Origin: a virus
Reading direction: 5' to 3' (one strand)
DNA length: 60,355 bases
Virus record (IMG/VR): IMGVR_UViG_3300046791_000086
Span: 1-60,355 of that record
Shown: positions 9,157 to 16,043 of the stretch, piece by piece
Layout: each line of letters begins with the position of its first letter
How positions within the stretch are numbered: the first letter of the stretch is position 1
Position numbers and translations under genes: made by a program
Notes under the pieces: generated by a model
What the model saw: only the letters and a program-made list of their open reading frames with translations
Told to the model about the DNA's origin: nothing
Databases searched by the model: none

Positions 9157-9305
9157 CACTTTTCTCCCTTCGGCTTGCCGGTTACAGGCTTTTGGCCGGG
9201 TTTCCGCTGGGAATTATACGTCGCCGCAGCGATAGATTTGGCCTCAGCCAGGGGTTTCCCCTGTTTGACGAGGGAGTCCCGTATTGCTTCGTACTTTTTG
9301 GGCAC
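9156..9305 (-). CDS. Small Lys-rich protein, start uncertain
   Basis: Only the C-terminal part of ORF 9156..9443 looks protein-like (VPKKYEAIRDSLVKQGKPLAEAKSIAAATYN). GTG at 9305 lies 8 nt after AGGAG. Overlaps the end of 9244..9498. Confidence 0.35.
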   Translation of the reverse strand: MPKKYEAIRDSLVKQGKPLAEAKSIAAATYNSQRKPGQKPVTGKPKGEK

Positions 9306-9498
9306 CGCGTTCACTCCTACTGTCGAGAAAAGTGTGAAGCATGTCAGACAGTTCCACACTAGAAACCCTAACCATCTGTGGAGAGCCGACGGCAAAGTTT
9401 TTCTCCTTCGGCTCAAGGAAAAGGGCTGTGTAGAATACGTCATCGAGAGGGTCGTAGTATGGCTGGACTTGTACCAGCTGTAAGGTGGGCCTGGTCAT
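9244..9498 (-). CDS. Hypothetical protein (84 aa)
   Basis: The ATG at 9498 overlaps the stop of 9495..9713 (ATGA). The last ~20 codons look non-protein-like (see finding on the frame switch). Confidence 0.45.
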   Translation of the reverse strand: MTRPTLQLVQVQPYYDPLDDVFYTALFLEPKEKNFAVGSPQMVRVSSVELSDMLHTFLDSRSERGAQKVRSNTGLPRQTGETPG

Positions 9499-9713
9499 GT
9501 GAAGCACGCCTTCACCGCCCACATCGCGGCTTGCTCGTAGTTGGTAATTGCGAGAGACCGACAGCGGTTGTCAGGAACAGAAGCCCGCAGGTAGGAGAAA
9601 ATCTCCTCTGTGAGGGACTTGATCTTGGCCACGCGCTCGTCGTTGGAGGGATTGAAGTTGGGCAGGGTGGAAGGCTGGGCGAGAGAGGCTTTCGGCTCGG
9701 GTTGGTCGTGCAT
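9495..9713 (-). CDS. Hypothetical protein (72 aa)
   Basis: ORF track. AGGAG 6 nt upstream of the ATG at 9713. Confidence 0.6.
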   Translation of the reverse strand: MHDQPEPKASLAQPSTLPNFNPSNDERVAKIKSLTEEIFSYLRASVPDNRCRSLAITNYEQAAMWAVKACFT

Positions 9714-9752
9714 AGCATTCTCCTATGTAGCCAGAAACCGTCTGGCAGCGGG

Positions 9753-9923
9753 TTAGTGCAAGGGCGCGCCGAAGGTTTGCCAACCTAAGAGCAGGAGCAA
9801 GAAAAAGAGCAGAATAGAGTGGCCCCACACGCCGTAGGCTCCCGGCATTACGCCCCAATTCAAGGCGAAGCCAAAGACCAGCCAAAGCAGCATGAGTATC
9901 CAGAAGGCAAGAGCTAGGGACAT
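9753..9923 (-). CDS. Small hydrophobic membrane protein (56 aa)
   Basis: Below the ORF-track size cut-off. Own translation MSLALAFWILMLLWLVFGFALNWGVMPGAYGVWGHSILLFFLLLLLGWQTFGAPLH. AAGAGGAG upstream of the ATG at 9923. Confidence 0.5.
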   Translation of the reverse strand: MSLALAFWILMLLWLVFGFALNWGVMPGAYGVWGHSILLFFLLLLLGWQTFGAPLH

Positions 9924-9945
9924 AGCAGTCTCCTCTTAGCGGTGC

Positions 9946-10101
9946 TTAGTCTACAAACTGCGCGGCGAAGCGCAGCACGTCGCCCTCAGTGAACCCCGCG
10001 CCGCGCTTGGGGTCAGCGAAGAGCCTCGCAAGGACCGCCGCGGCGGCCTCGGGAGCAAGTTTACGCAAAAGTTTGTCAAACACAGTAGCCTCCTTCTTCA
10101 T
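9946..10101 (-). CDS. Small hypothetical protein (51 aa)
   Basis: Below the ORF-track cut-off. Own translation MKKEATVFDKLLRKLAPEAAAAVLARLFADPKRGAGFTEGDVLRFAAQFVD. GAGAGGAG 9 nt upstream. Confidence 0.45.
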   Translation of the reverse strand: MKKEATVFDKLLRKLAPEAAAAVLARLFADPKRGAGFTEGDVLRFAAQFVD

Positions 10102-10142
10102 AGCACAGCACTCCTCTCTGGAGCCCTGTGCAGTGGTCTGCG

Positions 10143-10769
10143 TTAGGGCTCGATTACTTCACCCTCAATGGTCTGAGGGTCTGGCTTTTGTCTCTCAGTG
10201 TGCCCGGTGGGCACCGCCGCGAAGTTGATATTAACCTGTATCCCGCCCGGCGCAGTGGGTGGCTCAGTTTTCTCATCTAAGACCTTTATCAACTCCCCGA
10301 TCTCGCGTACTTGGAACTTAGTCGGGTTATCTTCCAGCCTGTCAGCGAGTTCGTCGATAAGGCTCACCATTAGGCTTGCCTTGCGGCCATGAACGTCCAA
10401 GTAAAGCGCGTCTTTCTGCGCCCGGTAGCTTGCGACTAGCTCCTGAAAGTCCGGGCTCTGCTTCAAGACGCTGAGCCTAGAACCTGAGTACCCGGTGATG
10501 GACATAATCTCCACACTCGGGCGGCCTTCGGCTATGAGCCGCGCGGCGGAATGATGTCTGTGGCGCATGGTCTGTATGCTAGGCACGGCGGGCAGGCTCA
10601 GGTGCTTGGGCGGGGAGTCTATGAGCGCCCGGTCCGCCTCGCCCAGGTCTCTGACGTAAAATGCCTCAAAGCTCGCCGGGCGGCCTCGGTTACTTGTAAC
10701 GGCAGAGTCTATGAGGTCTGAAAGCGTTTGGTCCATTGGTCCGATCCCTATTTGGGGCGTGTTGGCCAC
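10143..10769 (-). CDS. First late-arm gene: HTH-containing protein (possible small terminase subunit)
   Basis: 208-aa ORF. GTG at 10769 follows AAGGGAG (alternative ATG at 10736). RHHSAARLIAEGRPSVEIMSITGYSGSRLSVLKQ looks like a helix-turn-helix. The TerS role is inferred from position only. Confidence 0.5.
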   Translation of the reverse strand: MANTPQIGIGPMDQTLSDLIDSAVTSNRGRPASFEAFYVRDLGEADRALIDSPPKHLSLPAVPSIQTMRHRHHSAARLIAEGRPSVEIMSITGYSGSRLSVLKQSPDFQELVASYRAQKDALYLDVHGRKASLMVSLIDELADRLEDNPTKFQVREIGELIKVLDEKTEPPTAPGGIQVNINFAAVPTGHTERQKPDPQTIEGEVIEP

Positions 10770-11115
10770 ATATTGCTCCCTTCGCGCCCCGTGTCAAGGG
10801 AAAGTGAGTCTTTATGCTGCCTATTGTGGGCCTTTAGAGTGACGATTGGATGACTGGCCTTTGCCTTTGGGGCAAAGTGGGCCGAGTGTTTTTTAGAAAA
10901 ACTTCTAATGTGTCATCTGCCATCGCCAGACGGCCCCAGCTCCAAGGCCGGCCACCCCCGGCTTGCAAAGCGCGCCAGCCCGCAAGCGGGAGTTGCAAAG
11001 CGGGAGTCATGCAAGGGGAGCATTGCATTGGGAGCATAGCGACAAGGGGACTGCGAGGCAAAGCACCATAGGAAGATAAGGATAAGGACTCTATGCCCAC
11101 GCCGGCCATGGATTA

Positions 11116-11150
11116 TAGGACTCCATGCACAGGTATCACATGGAGTCCTA
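11116..11150. repeat. Perfect 12-bp inverted repeat TAGGACTCCATG-N11-CATGGAGTCCTA
   Basis: Read directly: arms at 11116..11127 and 11139..11150. Further TAGGACTC copies at 11155..11164 and (ATAAGGACTC) 11082..11091. Confidence 0.9.
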
Positions 11151-11279
11151 AAGGTATAGGACTCTAGTGAAAAACCATAGGAATACAACGCAATTCACGA
11201 GTCCCATAGGAAAACACGGCGGACATAGGAACACCGATTGCCGGGCCTTGCATGGGTGCTACACGGCGAGTCTGTTTGG

Positions 11280-11294
11280 CATGGTATTGCCCTA
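11280..11294 (+). promoter_or_regulatory. CATGGTATTGCCCTA box (extended -10-like TGgTATTGC)
   Basis: 15-mer identical to 24005..24019. The TGGTATTG core also occurs at 13795 (+) and 59790 (-). About 520 nt upstream of the first early ORF. Confidence 0.35.
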
Positions 11295-11304
11295 CCGGGT
11301 GCTC

Positions 11305-11538
11305 GCGGCAATGGCACCCACGGGCGCGCTATGGGCGAAAGAGAACAAACAGGGGACTCGCCGCGACGCAACGGAAAGGGGAGTCCGATTGACGCAGGGT
11401 CAAGGCAGTATGTACAAACAAACGACTCCCACATCGCACCATGCCAAACAGATCGGCCACGCCGTGACGCCCCATGGCACCCGGTGCACCCGGCACCCAT
11501 CGCACCCGGCGTTGCGGCAATGGCACCCACGGGCGCGC
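11305..11538 (+). repeat. Exact 25-bp direct repeat pair GCGGCAATGGCACCCACGGGCGCGC, within a GGCACCCA iteron cluster
   Basis: Copies at 11305..11329 and 11514..11538. GGCACCCA also at 11492, 11567 and 11580, all in the same orientation. Confidence 0.9.
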
Positions 11539-11803
11539 GTTGCCACGGCAATGGCCCATTGCGACCGGCACCCATGATCGGCACCCATCGCCTCACAATG
11601 GGCCAAACGCTGCGTTTAAGTTTATTTTTGGGAGCCTCTTGCAATCGCCCACCTATGGGCTTATGTCTTTCGTTGTGGCGCCGTTCTTTTCGCCCGGTAA
11701 TCGCCCGCCCGTCTTTGCGGACTCGCTGTTTCACATCGTAAACCGATTGGACTCCCGCGCGGCAATGCCACGCCGGGTTCAATCAACATGAGAGGACTAG
11801 ACA

Positions 11804-12448
11804 ATGGCTAAGGACATGACAAACGAAAGCGCAATGGAGTTTTTGGGCTTAACCTTGAAGGACATCGCGCTTGTGACGGCCATGCGGGAATATACGTCAA
11901 CGCACCAAGGGTTCACATATGACTATGATGCAATGACTCCCAAAAACATTCCGTGGTTCTTTGATATGGGCCACAAACAAGGACTCGGTGACGTTGCCAC
12001 GACATCGCGGCCACCGATTGTCGGGTTCACAAAGGATGGCGGCATTCCGTCAACTTTGTGGAAAGATGAAAAGCGCACCAAAGAGGCAAAACGACTCGGT
12101 TTTACCGATTGGCGCGATACACCTGACAATCGTGCGACCCTTGCCGACGCTTGGATAAAAGACGCGCTCCAAGGCAAATGGACTCGCATACTTGACGGCG
12201 AATTGACGGTGAACGAGTCCGGCACCCGTGGGGATAAGATCACCACATATATTCGCGACAAGGCCAAGGAGTTAGTGACGGTGCGTATCAAGAAAGAAAA
12301 CGACTCCAAACCGAAAGCGCAACGTGTGGCAATCCCCACGGGCGCGGTAATGAAAGGACTCGTTGACGCTTGGATTGCCGCCAATCCTGCCACGGTGGAA
12401 AAAATCAGGGCACTCGCTGAAATGGACGTTGCACTAAACGCCGACTAG
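11804..12448 (+). CDS. First early protein, unknown function (214 aa)
   Basis: ORF track. GAGAGGA upstream. Followed by a canonical terminator. Confidence 0.75.
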   Translation: MAKDMTNESAMEFLGLTLKDIALVTAMREYTSTHQGFTYDYDAMTPKNIPWFFDMGHKQGLGDVATTSRPPIVGFTKDGGIPSTLWKDEKRTKEAKRLGFTDWRDTPDNRATLADAWIKDALQGKWTRILDGELTVNESGTRGDKITTYIRDKAKELVTVRIKKENDSKPKAQRVAIPTGAVMKGLVDAWIAANPATVEKIRALAEMDVALNAD

Positions 12449-12460
12449 ACAAACACAGAG

Positions 12461-12503
12461 CCCAAAGGGACGTAAAACTCCCTTTGGGCTCTTTTGCGTT
12501 TTT
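12461..12503 (+). terminator. Rho-independent terminator
   Basis: 10-bp stem CCCAAAGGGA / TCCCTTTGGG (12461..12470 / 12479..12488), 8-nt loop, then CTCTTTTGCGTTTTT. Confidence 0.7.
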
Positions 12504-12757
12504 GCCCCGGCCCGAAGGGCTCCGGCGCCTCTGACTAGCGCTGTACGCCTCGGCCCCTTGGAGCCAGCCCAGTAAGCCTCGGCCCCAGAGAATTGAAATC
12601 ATTAGGTTTTAATATTGGCCTAGCATATTGGCCTGCAATGCTGGAGGGTTTTATATGGACACATTATAGAGCCCATACCGCAAACACAATGGGCCGCATG
12701 GATAAGGAATGATGGGCTCAGGACTCCAATTTTTCACTGCCAGAAATCAGAGTCTGG

Positions 12758-12780
12758 TTTTTTTTTTTTTTTTTTTTTTT
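12758..12780 (+). repeat. T23 homopolymer tract
   Basis: Counted directly: 23 consecutive T, followed by AT-rich AATATACATATTAAAAA. Lies in a 502-bp ORF-free gap. Confidence 0.95.
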
Positions 12781-12950
12781 AATATACATATTAAAAACTC
12801 GGCCCACCTCGCTTCGCTTGGGGGTCCAGCACTAAGCCCATCACACCCAGCATCTACGTCATAGGTGTGGGGTTTATAATGTGTTCATATGGCACCCGCC
12901 AACATCATATGCCATTGTATGCCGTCAACATCCACAGGAGCCACCCAGCC

Positions 12951-13430
12951 ATGCCAATGCCACAAGCCCGCTTCATCGAAGTCCTCGACGATTACCAAAA
13001 ACTCCGCGCCGCCTACACTGACCTACGAGCAGAGGTGAAGAAGATTCCACAGGCGGCACATCTGGCCATGATGTACGGAGACATACCATCAGAAGCCGTG
13101 GCCAGGGAGACTGAACACTTTAGACTCACGGCAAGGAGAAACGAACGTGCAGCCGACGCCGCGCGCCGCAAGAGGCAAGGCCAGTTTTCAGGCCACAGCG
13201 GCATGGAGCCCAGACGCCAGTTTGCTTCGCTCGGGGCAAAGCTCACAGCCAAGAACCTCCAGCCGCAATTCAACCCAGATGCGTTTGTGCCAGTAGTCTA
13301 CGAGACATATGCTGAGGCGAAGGCCACGGGCTTCTTTTCGCCGGAAGAACTCTTCGCCCAGTTTCCAGACGAAGCCCCGCCACCGCCCAGCACCGACGTG
13401 CCAGAGAGCCTCTATAAGATTGAGGACTAG
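12951..13430 (+). CDS. Hypothetical protein (159 aa)
   Basis: ORF track 12867..13430. The ATG at 12951 lies 10 nt after AGGAG. Charged helical sequence. Confidence 0.65.
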   Translation: MPMPQARFIEVLDDYQKLRAAYTDLRAEVKKIPQAAHLAMMYGDIPSEAVARETEHFRLTARRNERAADAARRKRQGQFSGHSGMEPRRQFASLGAKLTAKNLQPQFNPDAFVPVVYETYAEAKATGFFSPEELFAQFPDEAPPPPSTDVPESLYKIED

Positions 13431-13447
13431 AGGAAGAAAAGCTTCTT

Positions 13448-13476
13448 TTGGACATTGCGGCGTTATGTGATACAAT
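13448..13476 (+). promoter_or_regulatory. Sigma70-like promoter TTGGAC-17-TACAAT
   Basis: -35 at 13448..13453, 17-nt spacer, -10 at 13471..13476, about 50 nt upstream of the ATG at 13526. Flanked by the inverted repeat ATTGCGGCGT / ACGCCGCAAT. Confidence 0.5.
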
Positions 13477-13525
13477 CGCCCCATGACGCCGCAATGACGC
13501 CGCGTCAATACACGGAGCCACTCCC

Positions 13526-13717
13526 ATGACCATCGCAGACTTTATTACCCAACTCCAAACCCTAGACCAAACCTCTCGAGTCATGGTCTGGAGCCGGGAC
13601 TATTATCCCGGCCTCGGGCCGACGTTAGTAGACATTGAAATCCAACCTAACGAAGGCGAGGATGCGGCGCCCAGTGGATCGTTTCTTGTGCTCAATCCAT
13701 TTGACTCCGGCATGTAA
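13526..13717 (+). CDS. Hypothetical protein (63 aa)
   Basis: ORF track. GGAG 9 nt upstream. Confidence 0.6.
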   Translation: MTIADFITQLQTLDQTSRVMVWSRDYYPGLGPTLVDIEIQPNEGEDAAPSGSFLVLNPFDSGM

Positions 13718-13730
13718 AAACTCCCGTGGC

Positions 13731-13770
13731 ATGGGTGCGGCGTTCTGTCGCACCCATAACGCCGCACCAT
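13731..13770 (+). other. Imperfect 13/14-bp inverted repeat (stem-loop or operator)
   Basis: ATGGGTGCGGCGTT (13731..13744) versus AACGCCGCACCAT (13758..13770), one bulged G. Directly after the stop at 13717. No T-run follows. Confidence 0.5.
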
Positions 13771-13791
13771 ATCCCCCGGCGCGGCACCCGC

Positions 13792-13806
13792 CATGGTATT
13801 GTGCAC
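13792..13806 (+). promoter_or_regulatory. CATGGTATTGTGCAC box (extended -10-like TGgTATTGT)
   Basis: Shares CATGGTATTG with 11280 and 24005. 45 nt upstream of the ATG at 13848. Confidence 0.4.
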
Positions 13807-13847
13807 CCACGGCGATCTCACGCCGCGATTAGACATGGAGCCGACAA

Positions 13848-14051
13848 ATGGTAAACCCACTCCCACCAAGGCAACAAGCCCTCTACGACCAACTCGAAGA
13901 GGCGAGCCTAGACTTCTCAGACGCTCTTGAGACCCTCCGCATCTATGCCCTTGACGGCACGCTCGGCACCGGGCCGTTCTCAACCCAATGGCTCCGCGTT
14001 TGTGCCGCTCTTTGCGAAGCCAAAGCACACTTAGAGGAGATGCCAAAGTGA
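13848..14051 (+). CDS. Hypothetical protein (67 aa)
   Basis: ORF track. GGAG 8 nt upstream. Confidence 0.6.
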   Translation: MVNPLPPRQQALYDQLEEASLDFSDALETLRIYALDGTLGTGPFSTQWLRVCAALCEAKAHLEEMPK

Positions 14052-14293
14052 CAACCCTTCAAGTCTTTACTCCCACATCCAAGCCAAACATCCGAGGCTA
14101 TCAAGCCCTCGTGCTCGCACAGGGCCTCGAGACCTGGCACAAATTCCACCGCCCACTAAACACCTCCTACACGCCGAAGTCGATGATGTATATGGCCACG
14201 GCGATCACCGGCCAACGCTTCGGTGCAAGAGATTACCTCATCGCCGCCGCGGCGCTTCGTGAGTACGCCTCAAGCCAAGGAGCCCAGACATGA
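14048..14293 (+). CDS. Hypothetical protein (81 aa, GTG start)
   Basis: In frame with track ORF 13988..14293. The GTG at 14048 overlaps the upstream stop (GTGA) and lies 8 nt after GAGGAG. Confidence 0.5.
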   Translation: MTTLQVFTPTSKPNIRGYQALVLAQGLETWHKFHRPLNTSYTPKSMMYMATAITGQRFGARDYLIAAAALREYASSQGAQT

Positions 14294-14523
14294 CCAAACT
14301 CTTCATGACGCAAGGCCCGGCGATAGTCTACCGCCCCGCCTACGGAAGCCAAACATACACCAACGAGCATGAGTACACCACAAGCGACGGACTCAAGTGG
14401 GGCTCGAAGAAGATGGCCGAGTATTGGGTCAAACACACTTTGGACGTGGACGAGATGATTGCCATGACCAAAGCCCGCCACGGCGGCAAACTTCCGGTCC
14501 CCTACGGCGGCAATGTAGAGTAG
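14290..14523 (+). CDS. Hypothetical protein (77 aa)
   Basis: ORF track. ATGA overlap with the upstream stop. Confidence 0.6.
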   Translation: MTKLFMTQGPAIVYRPAYGSQTYTNEHEYTTSDGLKWGSKKMAEYWVKHTLDVDEMIAMTKARHGGKLPVPYGGNVE

Positions 14524-14576
14524 AGCCTAAGACACAGGGCAAGCCCTCTGGCCCTGTGACTTCGACCCTACTAACA

Positions 14577-15335
14577 ATGGCAAAGGAGAAAGCCCAAATG
14601 GACCGTCAAGACATTATATCTCGTGTCCGCAAGTTCGCGGCCATGACAACCGCCAATGGCGCAAGCGAGAGTGAGGCCGCCATGGCGGCTAAGTTCCTCG
14701 CCAAGCTCATCGCCGAACACAACATTCAAGAGACCGAGCTTACGCTGAAAGCCGACGCAAAGGGTTGCTTGAAGGACTCCTTCACCGCCCTGCACGGGCT
14801 CGATCATTGGACCGAAGCATGTTGGGCAATCGGGAGACTTTTCCATTGCGAAGTCTACCGTAGCAAAACCGGCATCGCACTCGCGGATGACTTCTCCGTC
14901 CCAACCGTCGAGATGAACTTCTACGGCTACCCGCAGGACGTAGCGGCTTGCATCGCCCTATGCCGGATTATTTACCTGGCCGTCGGGCAAGAGACCAATC
15001 GCTACGGCAAGCCCATGCGGAAGAGCCGGGAAAAGACCCTCAAGCTTAATAGCTTCTCCTTGGGCATGGCGAAGAGACTTAACGAACGAGTCAACGAACT
15101 AATCCCGCCCCCGCAGGAGTCCACCGGGCGCGGCCTCATGGTCCTGAAGGACCAGCTTGTGACAAGCGAGTTTGCGGATTATTGCACCGCCAACAAGCTC
15201 CGCATCCGTCCCGCCGTCAATGTCACCGTCGCAGATTATACATCTTTCCATGCTGGCCGGGCGGCGGCGGCGAATGTCAATCTCACACAGAGCCCGCAGA
15301 TTGTGCGCGGTCACTATCACATCGGGAGCAAATAA
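14577..15335 (+). CDS. DUF2786-like protein (252 aa)
   Basis: Internal ATG of track ORF 14397..15335. N-terminus DIISRVRKFAAMTTANGASESEAAMAAKFLAKLIAEHNI matches the DUF2786 pattern as I recall it. Confidence 0.55.
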   Translation: MAKEKAQMDRQDIISRVRKFAAMTTANGASESEAAMAAKFLAKLIAEHNIQETELTLKADAKGCLKDSFTALHGLDHWTEACWAIGRLFHCEVYRSKTGIALADDFSVPTVEMNFYGYPQDVAACIALCRIIYLAVGQETNRYGKPMRKSREKTLKLNSFSLGMAKRLNERVNELIPPPQESTGRGLMVLKDQLVTSEFADYCTANKLRIRPAVNVTVADYTSFHAGRAAAANVNLTQSPQIVRGHYHIGSK

Positions 15336-15336
15336 C

Positions 15337-15504
15337 ATGCCCAGCCAAGAAGCCCTCGCCTTCGCAATAGAGTCGCTACGCAAAGCCCAGCGAGACTTGC
15401 GCTACCTCTGCGAAGATAACGAAAGCAAAGTGGACCCGGCCTTCATCCTTGGCCGAGTCTCCACCGCCCTCGCTGCCCTGAAAGAACTGGAGAACAACCA
15501 ATGA
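15337..15504 (+). CDS. Hypothetical protein (55 aa)
   Basis: ATG 2 nt after the upstream stop. In frame with track ORF 15172..15504. Confidence 0.5.
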   Translation: MPSQEALAFAIESLRKAQRDLRYLCEDNESKVDPAFILGRVSTALAALKELENNQ

Positions 15505-15695
15505 CACGCGAAGAACTCTCCACCCGAGTCCGCACCTTGAAGGCCCAAGCCTTCGATCAAATAAAGTCCAACATCAAGAGCGTTAACCACGAAGGCTGGA
15601 ACTCTCTTGGAGAGATGGCCGTCGCCATCATCAAATCCCGAGCCGAAACCATCGAGCGCGAGATACAAGTCTGGGAAAAGGCCAACCCTCTTTGA
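15501..15695 (+). CDS. Hypothetical protein (64 aa)
   Basis: ORF track. ATGA overlap with the upstream stop. Confidence 0.6.
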   Translation: MTREELSTRVRTLKAQAFDQIKSNIKSVNHEGWNSLGEMAVAIIKSRAETIEREIQVWEKANPL

Positions 15696-15757
15696 GCCTA
15701 GCATTGGGGGTGGAGTCCACCCCCAAACCTAGACCCACAGAGCAAAAGGAGCCTATC

Positions 15758-15988
15758 ATGCAATTCACCTTCCACGCCGACTCAGACCCCATCATCCAAG
15801 CCCTCGAAGCCTTCCGCCTCTCGCTTTGCGACGAGTTGCTTCGCCGGGCCAAGGCCGCCAACAACTTCCAAATCAACGCCAAGCGCGTCGGCGATCAGAA
15901 GAAATTCGCCACCGAGACCGCCACCTACAGCCAAATAAACAACTGGCTGGAAGGCATCAAGTTCACGAAGGAAGAGCGTAAGTCCTGA
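15758..15988 (+). CDS. Hypothetical protein (76 aa)
   Basis: Internal ATG of track ORF 15692..15988, preceded by AAAGGAG. Confidence 0.55.
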   Translation: MQFTFHADSDPIIQALEAFRLSLCDELLRRAKAANNFQINAKRVGDQKKFATETATYSQINNWLEGIKFTKEERKS

Positions 15989-16043
15989 GCCTAAGACTAG
16001 GGGCGCCAACCCGCCCCCAGACTTAAACCCAGGAGAAAAGCAA

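Larger units (their letters stand above)
10770..11803. promoter_or_regulatory. Divergent non-coding control region (candidate promoters and/or replication origin)
   Basis: 1,034 bp between the divergent arms. Track ORFs here overlap in several frames, are R/G/P/H-rich and lack SD sites. Dense short repeats (see findings). Confidence 0.7.

Noticed and set aside
10859-10894. Hairpin CTTTGCC-TTTGG-GGCAAAG followed by a T6 run, as a plus-strand terminator.
   Set aside because: The T-run starts 11 nt after a 7-bp stem, and no plus-strand gene lies upstream. Not a convincing intrinsic terminator.
11305-11538. Possible CRISPR array, given the exact 25-bp repeats.
   Set aside because: There are only two exact copies, 209 bp apart, surrounded by other unrelated repeats. 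There is no regular repeat-spacer periodicity and no cas genes.
11195-11782. Track ORFs of 136-195 aa inside the hub (11195..11782 minus, 11238..11741 plus, 11167..11577 plus, and others).
   Set aside because: They overlap each other in several frames, are R/G/P/H/C-rich, have no SD, and their openness is explained by the GC-rich repeats. Treated as non-coding.
11770-11790. T-loop-like strings (GGTTCAATC at about 11776, GGTTCGAAG at about 51909) as possible tRNA genes.
   Set aside because: The flanking sequence cannot form T-stem, acceptor-stem or anticodon arms. The second string lies inside a long CDS. No tRNA is supported.
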